The position numbers and the translations under genes are program-made. This document shows positions 27,901 to 34,747 of a DNA stretch of 35,001 nucleotides, piece by piece; the stretch's first letter is position 1, and each line of letters begins with the position of its first letter. Below the pieces are notes generated by a model. That model searched no databases. It was not told where the DNA came from and saw only the letters and a program-made list of their open reading frames with translations. This DNA is from a virus (taxonomy: Duplodnaviria; Caudoviricetes). The stretch lies in the IMG/VR virus record IMGVR_UViG_3300027142_000285, positions 1-35,001 of that record. One strand, 5' to 3'.

Positions 27901-29658
27901 ATCAAATAACGGGGTTTGATTTACTGATGTTTTTTCCTGTGATCGAGTCCAAGTGCCGCTTGTATAGGAAAACATTTTTCCTTTGTAGCTGTCACCATTT
28001 AGAATTAATACAGTTTCGTTTTTGTTAGGAACAGAATCTGCGGTTTCGATTAACGATATTTGTCTGCGACCGTTGTGTGTTATAAACCTTACTTCGTAAA
28101 TTCTACCATTTACTAAAATGTCAGTGTCGGCTGTAAACAGCACTCTAGTACCGTTAACAAGATCAATGCCGTCAACGTTATAGCCTAGACTTCCTTCAAT
28201 TGTGCTAAAAGCATCAACTGTAAATGTATCAACTACATCAACAGGCTGTTTTGCTTTAGTGCCGTGATTAAACAGTTTTAATCCTGCTTCAAATTCTATA
28301 ATAGGTCTTTTTGCTCTAGCATCTTGATCGAGCACAATTTCGTTATTACTTGCTTCTGCACTTGCAACAATTACATCCTTGTGGAACCATCTGTTATATC
28401 GTGTCCACGGATTTTTATCAGCACTTGCTCTATTAATAACAATGTAATCTTTTGTTCCCGGAAAACTAGTTGCGTCTTCAAACGGATATATGTCAAATGC
28501 AGTGCCATCAAACGGAATGTTATATTCAGATGTAAAAATTGCAGGAACTTCTAGTGATTCGTCAGATATAAGAACGATTTTATTTCCTACACCCTCGACA
28601 TAAAAATATTTTCCAGCATATGTACTTGGAGTTACATTACCAGCAAAAGACACTTTCATGCCGTTGCTTAATTCTACGCCATTGCTAGCTTTGTAGGTCT
28701 TTTTTCCAAGTATTTCAGTATCAACATTTATTGATGTGTTTTCTTCAATATTAGAAATATTAAAAATACCGCTAGTGTTAATGTTGTTTTTGCTTATATA
28801 ATACAACGTTGACGGAGCGTTTGCAGGAATAGTGAATTCTATTATGCCCTTTTCAATAAAGGTTGCATCTGTAATTTTGCCATCTTCGTCATATTTTACA
28901 ATACCGTCATTGTACAGTGCAGAAACGTTTTCACCAGCAGTGTAATCAATTCCTCCAGTATCAGCTAGAATGTATGAGCTGTTTTCTGTAAACGATCTAT
29001 TTACAAAAAATGCAACAGGATGTCCCGGAGTGTTAATTTCAAATCTGTATGTTACTTCTTTATACAAGTCAAGTCTAGGATTTCTTGTAAATCCGTTAGG
29101 AGAAAATACATATGCATAATTGTCGCCTTCATCTGAAAGAGATATTGTATATGTACTAACAACTTCAGACGATTGTCCGGAAATCACGATAGGATCTGGA
29201 CCCATCGGCAACCAATAATACTCTCTAAAGTTTACAAATTTATCCCAGTCTATGTGAGGGTTCCAAGAATAAAATTCCTGGCTATTTAAAATACTATGGT
29301 TAGAAACAGTTGATTTGAAACTTTTTAATTGTCCGAGATAATCTCTGTATCCTTTTAGAAATGTTACATTATCAAGTTCGTCCTTAGCAACCACAACTGG
29401 TTCGAATTGATAATTTTCTCTGTCCGCAGAGAAGTCTGCCAAGTAGCTATCTGATGCAGTCGTAGCTTTAGAAAACCGTCTACCAGCAAACGCACTAAGT
29501 TTTTCAACTACACCGGGGGTAGTCATTTGATCAAGTGTGCTGCTTAAAAACTTTTTGTTAATGTTTGTTCTAAAGTATTTAGGTAACAAATTAATAGATG
29601 AAGTGTTACTATTTCCGATAGGAAGTGGGAAGTCATCTTGTATATTGTTGTTTGCCAT
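15943..29658 (-). CDS. Giant (4571 aa) gp7/gpI-like baseplate wedge protein with beta-propeller, CBM-like and beta-sandwich repeat insertions
   Basis: Follows the gp6-like gene (TGATG coupling). Contains LLPKYF...KFL, EKGTKNSL, EVKPY, FG-GAP-like repeats (YGYSVAIS...IAVGAP), VNPGRGY..AP repeats and GDG-x-T-x-F repeats. Confidence 0.75.
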   Translation of the reverse strand: MANNNIQDDFPLPIGNSNTSSINLLPKYFRTNINKKFLSSTLDQMTTPGVVEKLSAFAGRRFSKATTASDSYLADFSADRENYQFEPVVVAKDELDNVTFLKGYRDYLGQLKSFKSTVSNHSILNSQEFYSWNPHIDWDKFVNFREYYWLPMGPDPIVISGQSSEVVSTYTISLSDEGDNYAYVFSPNGFTRNPRLDLYKEVTYRFEINTPGHPVAFFVNRSFTENSSYILADTGGIDYTAGENVSALYNDGIVKYDEDGKITDATFIEKGIIEFTIPANAPSTLYYISKNNINTSGIFNISNIEENTSINVDTEILGKKTYKASNGVELSNGMKVSFAGNVTPSTYAGKYFYVEGVGNKIVLISDESLEVPAIFTSEYNIPFDGTAFDIYPFEDATSFPGTKDYIVINRASADKNPWTRYNRWFHKDVIVASAEASNNEIVLDQDARAKRPIIEFEAGLKLFNHGTKAKQPVDVVDTFTVDAFSTIEGSLGYNVDGIDLVNGTRVLFTADTDILVNGRIYEVRFITHNGRRQISLIETADSVPNKNETVLILNGDSYKGKMFSYTSGTWTRSQEKTSVNQTPLFDLFDKTGIAFNDLTYYPASTFAGNKVFSYKIGTGSNDVELGFPLSYQNIANIGDIQFIFDLTNDSFEYQSAVHRGGSVTTDKGYLKLYDPSGDAYSFVNGWVKANANSKQFVIKNSIVDTQLNNFAVDMFDNSGSLTDLVVYVYVNGKKQKLTSEYTIENVNNIAVVIFNNDLTVGDSLVIKAYSSATKNANGFYEIPSNLEKNPLNESLSVFTLGEVNDHASSIIENVRTFAGEFPGASNLRDLGNVSTYGNKFIQHSGPLPLGLYHITDKDANIIKSIRYAKKEYAKFKRTFLNEAENSGFHGSVKEHVDLILSRINKDKTSTNSFYFSDMLGYQSSTVSSTTVEYPGPAYFAMSKTFNLQTLSTRSILVYLNGEQLVHGVDYTFENEFVYVTLDLDSNDTVEVHEFESTNGTFVPPTPTKLGLYPKYIPSLIVDTTYSTPQTMIQGHDGSLILAYNDYRDELILELERRIYNNIKSSYDVSKLNIFDFINGVNRDTGFKKESLNNIMLSDFAQWLEVAGSPDYVKNDAWDISDGFSYNYKYSSDINGNNLDGFWRSIYKHYFDTDRPHTHPWEMLGLTIQPTWWEDVYGPAPYTNNNTVLWYDLQEGIIRQPGKLIERNVQFYRPGLLNNIPVNEYGQLLSPVDCGLAQNVDRLKTRGQFAFGDEAYVETAWRRSSEFPFAFITAWVLLQPSKLFGIGFDLSRISKDVAGNFVYTETNKRIQLSELVFPSTLETEELVQTSGLVNYVANYITTKHSANFSSYKEQLKNLNLQLAVYLGGFADKTKLKLVLDSRTPLNKGNVFVPEENYQIVLNTSSALDVPSLSGMIFEKNENGYILSGYDKESSVFYINPHRERNVDPVVNVGGISESFVEWDENKQYVAGIIVRYENSYYRTKVTHESSSAFEETKFTKLSSLPIVGGVSAVFRTTFEDSVVAYPYGYTFASIQEVVDFILGYENYCKVQGFVFDYYNSETQAVEDMRLCAKEFMFWVTQGWDTGSVITISPVGNSVKFSKDYHMVDDIFDNFYDYNILTGTGERLSKEFSSIYRTNANTYGLEPIQTAEGIFLVRLPLVQTEHVVLLDNVTVFNDIIYDMIPGYRQERIKLVGYRTDNWNGGLNIPGFFYDRAYVSNWNTWTDYSIGDLVKYKEFYYSSNMKHTSTDYFDANHWNLLDEKPTPSLYANWDYKVNQFTDFYDLDTDNFDTEQQRLGQHLIGYQKREYLANIINDDVSQYKFYQGFIAEKGTKNSLTKLFDALSSADKDSLEFFEEWAIALGQYGSVNNIKEVEYKIDEEKYRLEPQPFELVSSLSPSRTDLVYEIPSYDVYLKPDDYTHKPFPLTTNTTTFTRDSGYVRNDDVDYVVNTYDELLTLNIEEVELGNHVWIVEKNNTWDVVRHVNSDQKIIGIQSYTPTDRKFYENGTPSGFTLQFENYVPFEKDEIIGIYNNNLNINGFHKIVDVVLDKVSIVTETPVSIDINTPYEDSSGVVSIFRSRRFADSNDINNQYYKVQDDLSDKIWVDDAVDSQWAVYKHSSVFALQEESINPTGDGDGFASSFDVSSSNSTIVVGSPDRVNGYVNLYYRFNESIAKTKYQEILPSTSIHDSSSKYGYSVAISPDGKYIAVGAPNAGNVKTRYVGILNPTGSYAEGDIVSDRGTLWKANKTIAGDNSTISDLSQDWTPTYLIEGDATGSSSGLSSQGIVYLYEKQPNSLYNLITTFTSPDPMNGERFGANIQIRNHYSGPKIFIGAPGSSTGRIYFVEYTDSNWKYSRNRMYKGSFSETTQYYVDEIVYYEGYLYKASTNLAPGIFDLTNWISLSSDIEHVGFIPNTVDVIDGDSDSTGLVNATGIGYNFDVNSLGDMIVLSGSLDTGLTQNGDPTILNRIGLYRNEGSRWQFGQYIDTDDSVEDYAFSLAINDTGTKIAVGAPHNNLTGIDTGIVYIYKQVNGVFALQQSIPSPFTEHNESFGTGIDFAGNKLVISSKNGDSKVRMLFDNNATVFDNNSTRFMTVAEDLGKLYVFQEIGDNFVYAEDLIYTRNTRLQDNTNFKIVDNHIYIGFPEITNEDSTIGMLVDCRAERNTNSWSTITSQTNKVDVKYIKKVFLYNTEKNTTFGTIDLIDPRQGKIAGVADSEIFYKTWYDPAVYSVAEQDINQNYPDVFVDKLNSWTTSEVGRLWWDISKASWYNPYQGTTQYRTAWWNKLVDGASIDVYEWTESDLTPDEYNRITETNEGFANGITGTPLHLNAYSLRKVYNIETGTFNYKYYFWVKNPQTIPFKNNRKLSAFDVAKLIEDPASTGYTFVALIGQDKFALYNARSYIEGTKTALHFTITNDLTNINNIHSEYQLLTENLASSKPNEKVETKWFDSLIGYDINDRPVPDTALSVKQKYGILNSPRQGMFINKTEALKQVVERANSVLLQNSIVDNYDMSMLLSQEEIPNENSGRYDTTVDTLEDLRFVIVAKTEQAVLSPVVEDGRIISVNIVNPGRGYVIAPEIKITSSSGTGAIFKTTINNLGQITSVLVRSKGKNYPSNTTLTPRKFSVLVKSDSEIVGRWAIYDYNKSARSWTRVDSQKYNTQNYWTYADWYAAGYGSQTAINQTVNESYELFGLDNNIGDVVKINTIGSGGWLLLEKIDDQLTEDYTINYKTIGRENGTIQLASRLYDFITTTSGYDANIYDTAFYDREPVVELRNILTALRDDIFIGDLEVEWNKLFFASVRYAFSEQLFIDWAFKTSFIRAKHNLGNLSQSVTFKNDNLENYEDYVNEVKPYASKVREYISSYTYTEPTQSLITDFDLPPSYNLETREIETNGISVIDGVLTGIADKYLEYPFKSWLDNNGYDIIRIDVADGGSGYTSTPLVRIDNNNGTTARAYLSRGRVSSVIIDNTGGKYLTAPEITIEGSIAEGGSQAKAVAVLGNGVVRSTRIGMKFDRVSGSYLFTELDETQTFTGTGAAELFYLKWPIDLRTNTYSVSVNGVKQLSSQFVVGNVTDKTKTYNREIGYIEFMDPPANESLIQITYNKNIKLLSAADRINFFYNPSTGMLGKDLSQLMDGVDYTGTILDSIDFGTQQGFDVSGYGALPWDTFSNTYDDEIFVCDGSTNTFELTNPLEDGLEYNVYLNNVRIDDPEYDYSTVLSNPNALMQTLVGDGETTVVSINEELISIVDGDVVVIRKSTSDGSFVPTNDSYDTAIEGGNLAYTTAAGVSSGEINIDGDGFVTTTTSRGPEELVPGQILDTLDIQVYHRTTDGTGIIGVANFKIDGDSTSFALPSVPQSVDSVVVKIDNDIVSSDLYSLDLKNNLLLFDNDISTLGSNLSIMSIGTNGIDLLDTGTFVSDGSTLVVTTSAVWQTELSAFVTKNGEVLSEGTAYTLVQSSNTSDYPNRVQIVFDFTVLAENNFVQWTIYGSELKTYSQMVIDRTFEADGLTNYHKFDTTNIPIPFNALPISHKILVTVNDRILNPGYNISFTTTSARVYQIEEWQFQDTTSIDDTDIIVFADGVQLLSTQYSFDPVNATIEILFSTVAPAGSKLEIFVLKNADYWTLDTQITFEALPSQTLNLDFLQADDHVYATSIVYDDSAAVVDSTTQDLVVHSSDNNVVQFVTRNTNIRDAFVSNDVFRLDFDGHSSIECRIASIKYVLSDSIQFAIAPSSGEVVEIYTFSNHDVNDFNRISYDVLTTTSVSAGSSDYVKRNLLSSGIVELRSPITSGNYAWVIHNGELLTPNVDYTLTDNRSAVKLLRTPIENDTIDILQFSANPVVPKFGYRMFKDIMNRTHYKRLNQNNSYVLKDPLNYYDARISLVSSAGIAIPSKEMNKPGVVFIEGERIEYFEVVGNYLLQLRRGTLGTGIKNVYNPGATLYGQGIDENIPYRDRTLTQTFIGDGTSTDFVLDFTPASVNEIDVIVAGRKLRKTSLDLFVATIDQDSPEADIVLPPEFTVDVEAGTISLATAPAENIYINVVRRIGKVWNETGKALKDSENDISRFLRGATIQLPK

Positions 29659-32600
29659 CAGTAAATGTAGCCTCCGGTTGTATTACTTGTTGTATTAAGT
29701 GTTGTACTTTGTACTCCACTGTTTGAAGTAGAAGTAGATGTAACAATTGACCCATCTGCTTTTAATCTGTCTGTAGTATTAGAACTTATTATTTCAACGT
29801 CGCTAACTGTTGCTCCGCTTATAAAAATTTCGTCAGTTTGAGGAGTTATTTCAAACAGGCTACCAAATGTACTTGTAGCAGATCTAGGAACAATAACTAT
29901 GCTGCTAACGTCTGGTGCTAAATCTTTCATTATGTAAGACGACAGTTCAGAGAAGTAAAATGTTTCTCCAAAATCCCAATTGTCTAGTGCAAAGAATTTA
30001 TTAATACTAGATACTACTCTAGATTTAATTTCGTTGTCATTGACTACTCTGTTAGGATTTTTTACAATTTTAAAGATTGCTTGCATGTCTGAATCTGCTT
30101 TACTACCAAATAGTATTTTATACTTTACAGGATGATAAACTATATCATCGCTGATACTTTTAACTTTGGCTAATTCTGCTCCATAGTTAATGAACAATTG
30201 ATCGCTGCTAGGAGGCAACGGTTTGTCAATTGTTCCATCTAGATACTGTCTAAACAATGTATCGTATGAACGAGTTAACAAATACACATCAATTATATTG
30301 CTACTGCTTGGATCAATTCTATTGTTTTCGTCGCTAGCATGAATGTAATGAAACTTGATATTGTCTCTTCCTGTATATGCATTGTAATCGTATATTTGGG
30401 TTAGTGTGCCTGCTGTTCTGTTGTACTGTTTAAATGTGTCTGTTGACTCTATATAAAAAATTGTACCTGTTGCATACTCTGTTAAATTAATAGAACTTTG
30501 TGTAGGAGCTACAACTATATTTTCAGCTGTCTGATTAACATAAACAGTAAACTCGTTGTTGTTTATTATAGTTTTTTTAGTAAACACATATGTAGCATCG
30601 TTTACAATATCAGTGAATATGTCAGGATTATCAATTACGCCGTCATCGTCGCTATCATAGAAAACAACTTCTACTTTTTTTGTATCAACATAACCGTTTT
30701 CGTCTCGGTAATCACTTGCTATTTCCCAATCAAAGTCAACGGTAAACGGAATTAACTGTCCTGGCTGTTTGTTAATGTTGAGCACTGATATTTTATCTTT
30801 TACAATAACTCCGGTCTGACTATCATAAATCTTTTTATTATTGTCAAAATAGAATCTAATTTGTGCATCACTTTCGAATATGTAACGCAGTGATCTATAT
30901 GTTACTGTATAAGAAAATCCATTTGTCTCAAATAATAATAACCAGCTAGAGTCTAGTTGTTGATTGCTAGTGTCTCCTGCTTGTCCTAGGCTAAAGTCAT
31001 CATAAACATTTAGGTTGTCTTCGTTGATAACTTCCCACTGTCTGTTGTCTCTGTCGTATCTTAATCCAAATGTTCTATATGCAAATATTTCAGATATAAT
31101 TTGTGTGTAAACATCATTTACAAGATCTTTTACAAATTTAGGTTTTACAGCATTTAAAATAGCACCGGTAGGTATAACATCGTTAAACACAATAGGTCCT
31201 AAACCTGAAGAAGTTAATGTTGTTCCTGATTCCGAAACACTTACAACCTTTACCCATTTATAAGTAACTGCATTTTCTGTATCAGCAGCGCCTGTTACTA
31301 GATTTCCGTCAACATCAAAATACTTTCCGGTTGGTGCAACAAATTTTACCATTGCTTCAGGTTCTAAAAATCTCAACGGACCCTCAGTAAATGTAGCAAC
31401 TTGATAAATTATGTCGCTTGAATCTTTGATGTATCCTGTAGATCTATTGGTATCTTTGGTTACTTGATTCCATGTTAAATTGTATTCTGCATAGTCCTGG
31501 TTAGGATATTCGCTTAGATAAAAGTTTCTTACATTTTTGTCTTGGAACACAGGTATTATTTGATTTTGTAATACTGCTTCGATATCTGTTCTAGTCAAGA
31601 AATTAAAATTAATTTTCTTATCTACTTTTTCTTTAAACAGAACGCCATCGGTTGCAAACAAGTTAGTTGTAGAATATTTTCCTGTTGCATCTATTAAATC
31701 GTAATATCTGCTTATGCCAATTGAAGTTCTGTTGATCGATTTTACTTTAACGATTTCTTGACTTATTGCAAGTGGACCAATTGAATAATCTTCAGCAGTT
31801 ATTAAACGGTTTTGAGTATAATAAGTTGCAGGAGCATTATTTTTTATGCTCTCGATTGTTTCAGTGCTGCTTGCATTAGTTACAGTTGTTTTCAATGACA
31901 ATACAATAGTCAATGTTTCTGTTCTACCTATTCTACTAATGTACGGTATTCTAACTGTTACGTTAGTGATGTTTGCTGGAAGTATTGTATAATCTTTGTT
32001 TGCACTGATTCTGTAATAGATTCTAAACGATCCTTTTGGAAGTGTTCCAAAAATACCATCAGAGAAAATTAAGCTAACTCTATCATCTGTTCGTGTTGTT
32101 ACTGTGTAGATGTTTTTAATCTTTTTATTTAGATTGTTATAAACAATGTTGTTGCCTTCTACTGCATCAACTTTGGTCCACAGCTCAGTTTCTTGTCCTG
32201 CGGAATCTAACTTGTATAACCAAACGTCTGTGTGATTTATGTTAGACGAATCAATGTCTATTGTTTGGTTAGGAACAGGAGAGTCAATTGTAAAATCTCC
32301 TCTGTTTAGTAACCCTTGTCTAAAGTGTGCAAAAAATCCTGTTGAATTACTTCCAGGTCCTTGACCGTTATCTCTATAAATGAACGCTAGAGAATTTCCG
32401 GGTAGCGGTGCTTCTTCTACTAAGTCGCCATTACTAATTGTTGTACTAACAATTTCGAAGTCTAAATTTGTATTATTAACTGACTTGGAAAAAGAGTATA
32501 CAGGAGTAGTAGTAGATGCAGAATTGAATCTATATTGTTCTGTAGAAATGCCGCCTACGCTATCCAATTGAATAGGTCTGCCAAAAGTGTTTTGCACTGG

Positions 32601-33092
32601 CATAGCAGCATTTAAAACTTTAGTAAATTGTTCGTACCAATCGGTGTTTACACTGTCATTCCAAATAACAGTTTTTCCACTTAAATTTCTGCCAGCACTG
32701 TCTGTAATGTTTTCTGATGTGGAAACACTTTGAAATTTAAGCAAACCGTTACCGGCTTTATTACGCTGAGGATTATATGAAAGCAAACGTGCAAGTCTTA
32801 AAACACTTTCTCTGCGTTCAGCTAATTCGATAAAGTTTTCTCTTGCGTTTAAGTCAACTCTAAACGAAATGTTTTGTCCTAAAAACGCAATTAAATCGAT
32901 TAACGCAAGATATTCCGACGATTCAATATAATCATTGAAGTCTTCAGGATAGTTTACTCGTAGATATTCAATCATTGTTCGACGTAAATTGTCAAAATCA
33001 TATGATTTAAAATCTGCATACTTAAAACTTTGATAGATTTTTTTCCAATCTTCAGCAAGTAATAATCTGTTTTGTCTATCTGTAGAAGACAT
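29658..33092 (-). CDS. gp6: Baseplate wedge subunit, T4 gp6 / baseplate J-like
   Basis: YDFDNLRRTMIEYLR...DFNDYIESS...LIDLIAF, SVLRLARLLSY.P, ETIESIKNNAP....QNRLITAEDY. AAGGA lies 8 nt before the ATG at 33092. Confidence 0.88.
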   Translation of the reverse strand: MSSTDRQNRLLLAEDWKKIYQSFKYADFKSYDFDNLRRTMIEYLRVNYPEDFNDYIESSEYLALIDLIAFLGQNISFRVDLNARENFIELAERRESVLRLARLLSYNPQRNKAGNGLLKFQSVSTSENITDSAGRNLSGKTVIWNDSVNTDWYEQFTKVLNAAMPVQNTFGRPIQLDSVGGISTEQYRFNSASTTTPVYSFSKSVNNTNLDFEIVSTTISNGDLVEEAPLPGNSLAFIYRDNGQGPGSNSTGFFAHFRQGLLNRGDFTIDSPVPNQTIDIDSSNINHTDVWLYKLDSAGQETELWTKVDAVEGNNIVYNNLNKKIKNIYTVTTRTDDRVSLIFSDGIFGTLPKGSFRIYYRISANKDYTILPANITNVTVRIPYISRIGRTETLTIVLSLKTTVTNASSTETIESIKNNAPATYYTQNRLITAEDYSIGPLAISQEIVKVKSINRTSIGISRYYDLIDATGKYSTTNLFATDGVLFKEKVDKKINFNFLTRTDIEAVLQNQIIPVFQDKNVRNFYLSEYPNQDYAEYNLTWNQVTKDTNRSTGYIKDSSDIIYQVATFTEGPLRFLEPEAMVKFVAPTGKYFDVDGNLVTGAADTENAVTYKWVKVVSVSESGTTLTSSGLGPIVFNDVIPTGAILNAVKPKFVKDLVNDVYTQIISEIFAYRTFGLRYDRDNRQWEVINEDNLNVYDDFSLGQAGDTSNQQLDSSWLLLFETNGFSYTVTYRSLRYIFESDAQIRFYFDNNKKIYDSQTGVIVKDKISVLNINKQPGQLIPFTVDFDWEIASDYRDENGYVDTKKVEVVFYDSDDDGVIDNPDIFTDIVNDATYVFTKKTIINNNEFTVYVNQTAENIVVAPTQSSINLTEYATGTIFYIESTDTFKQYNRTAGTLTQIYDYNAYTGRDNIKFHYIHASDENNRIDPSSSNIIDVYLLTRSYDTLFRQYLDGTIDKPLPPSSDQLFINYGAELAKVKSISDDIVYHPVKYKILFGSKADSDMQAIFKIVKNPNRVVNDNEIKSRVVSSINKFFALDNWDFGETFYFSELSSYIMKDLAPDVSSIVIVPRSATSTFGSLFEITPQTDEIFISGATVSDVEIISSNTTDRLKADGSIVTSTSTSNSGVQSTTLNTTSNTTGGYIY

Positions 33093-33116
33093 TGGCACGT
33101 TCCTTAACTATTAAAA

Positions 33117-33124
33117 TATTTATC
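33117..33124 (-). promoter_or_regulatory. Late-promoter-like box GATAAATA
   Basis: Intergenic, upstream of the AAGGA RBS of the gp6-like gene. Confidence 0.55.
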
Positions 33125-33145
33125 AGATTTAAAAAGTGCGCAGTT

Positions 33146-33589
33146 TTAAAGTAGACCGTTTTCTCTGTCAAATCTAAAAACTAATTCTTCACTTATACTG
33201 TAATCCAAGTAAAGTAAAGTACACTGTATTTGTAGTCCGTATTCATATTGATCGACTACTATATTATCAACCTTTACTCTAGGATCATAATTTACAATAT
33301 CGGTAACGTTTTTTATAACACTCTCTTTTAAGTCGTTTGTGAGAGGTTCAAACAGTACATCCCAAATTATAGTACCAAATTCTGGATTTTCTAATTTTTC
33401 TCCCATTCTTATATGAAAATGGTTAACAATATCTTGTTTAATTAGTGCAATGTCACTGCTCTTAAAATCTTTATTGTTGGGATTTACTGTACTAATTCCT
33501 TTGTAACTTTTATTAGTAATAGGATTAGAAGCCACAAGCTGCGGTTGTACTTTTAAATTTTTATAAAGATTTTTTTCTAAAGTGCTCAT
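33146..33589 (-). CDS. gp25: Baseplate wedge subunit, gp25/GpW family
   Basis: IKQDIVNHFHIRMGEKLENPEFGTIIWDVLFEP...YDPRV; immediately upstream of the gp6-like gene. Confidence 0.92.
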   Translation of the reverse strand: MSTLEKNLYKNLKVQPQLVASNPITNKSYKGISTVNPNNKDFKSSDIALIKQDIVNHFHIRMGEKLENPEFGTIIWDVLFEPLTNDLKESVIKNVTDIVNYDPRVKVDNIVVDQYEYGLQIQCTLLYLDYSISEELVFRFDRENGLL

Positions 33590-33593
33590 GCTG

Positions 33594-33601
33594 TATTTAT
33601 C
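33594..33601 (-). promoter_or_regulatory. Late-promoter-like box GATAAATA, 4 nt before the gp25 ATG
   Basis: Sequence GATAAATAcagcATG. Overlaps the upstream TAA and has no SD sequence between box and start. Confidence 0.55.
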
Positions 33602-34739
33602 TTCGCGTATCTGGAGGAATAAACTGTGGTGTTACTGGTGATCTGTACTTTACGTTGGGTCCAGTTGTTGTGCCGGTCGATGCTCTAGTCGTTGTTTGTG
33701 AACTGACTAGTACTTCTCTAGCACCTCCGGGAGTCATTACCGTTTGATATTTGCTTGTGATAGTTTTTACGCCTGCAGGAGTACTAACTTGATTAACCTT
33801 TGTTACAGTCTTACCGTCAGTTGAACTTCTTCCATTTAGTGCGGTATCAGTTTCACTATCAGAATATCCTCTACCTCCAATGTCATTTGGCGGCGGTAGT
33901 CCGTTTCCGGGTATTAGTCCTTGATTTGATGTAGGATTTATTCCGTTTGTCAACATATCTCGTACTTTCCTGCCTGTTCGGAAATCATATCTATTATCGT
34001 AAGGATCTGTTTTTTCGTACACATACACATTACTAGGTGTAGGAAGTCTATCATTACCTAAAGGTACGTCGGCTGCTGTTCCGCCAAAGATACGCTGGCC
34101 GCCACCGGCAGCAATTTCAGTTTGCATTTTTTGTGAAGTTCCAGTTGGCTGGTTAGCAATGCTACCTTGCTGAATGTCAACTTCAGTAACTGTTCCAGTG
34201 CCGCCATTTCTAATATCTGCTAAGTTAGCTAGAAAAACATCTGCGTTGTGATGGGCCTGGTCTATTCCATTATCATAATATGAGTCTCCTTTTTTTCGAG
34301 GTTTTCCATTATGTCCTGTCATATCGTACGGAACTGGTACACTTGAAAATACTTGTGCCAGTTTTATACAAAATTCTGCATCAGTGATTGCACCCGATTT
34401 CCAGTCTTCTAGTCTTTTATATTTTTTAATATACGCTAAAATTAAAATGTCTTGTACATCTCTGCTAAACTTAGTAGTAGTAGGATCCAATCCAGCAAAC
34501 TTTACAGCTTCGCGCAACGAAGTTTCTCTAAATTGATATCGTCCACATGCATCTGACCCGTAACCCGACGCCATTCGGCGTTGTTGAAATTCATACAGTT
34601 GACTGATGGTACGTTCTGTTATCTCAGGAAAGTTTTGGCCGGAATATACTGCACAATATGGATCTCCACCGGTACCCTCGGACTCGCCCTTTGCACATAG
34701 CGTTAGTAATGCTTTTTCTTGTGTTGTAATCTGAACCAT
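33597..34739 (-). CDS. Lambda-lysozyme/GH104-like muramidase (lytic transglycosylase) domain plus low-complexity Gly/Thr/Pro tail
   Basis: ALLTLCAKGES...Y, DACGRYQF, FSRDVQD, LAQVFSSVP. AAGGA RBS. Confidence 0.75.
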   Translation of the reverse strand: MVQITTQEKALLTLCAKGESEGTGGDPYCAVYSGQNFPEITERTISQLYEFQQRRMASGYGSDACGRYQFRETSLREAVKFAGLDPTTTKFSRDVQDILILAYIKKYKRLEDWKSGAITDAEFCIKLAQVFSSVPVPYDMTGHNGKPRKKGDSYYDNGIDQAHHNADVFLANLADIRNGGTGTVTEVDIQQGSIANQPTGTSQKMQTEIAAGGGQRIFGGTAADVPLGNDRLPTPSNVYVYEKTDPYDNRYDFRTGRKVRDMLTNGINPTSNQGLIPGNGLPPPNDIGGRGYSDSETDTALNGRSSTDGKTVTKVNQVSTPAGVKTITSKYQTVMTPGGAREVLVSSQTTTRASTGTTTGPNVKYRSPVTPQFIPPDTRR

Positions 34740-34747
34740 TTTTTTCC

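Noticed and set aside
15943-29658. Intein, intron or tape-measure explanation for the giant ORF
   Set aside because: No intein splice motifs or LAGLIDADG/HNH seen. The composition is beta-rich and aromatic, not helical Ala-rich.
981-32571. About 25 short plus-strand ORFs (60-113 aa) in the track
   Set aside because: Nearly all lie antisense within long minus-strand genes, mostly start at TTG/GTG and show no motifs. They are shadow ORFs.
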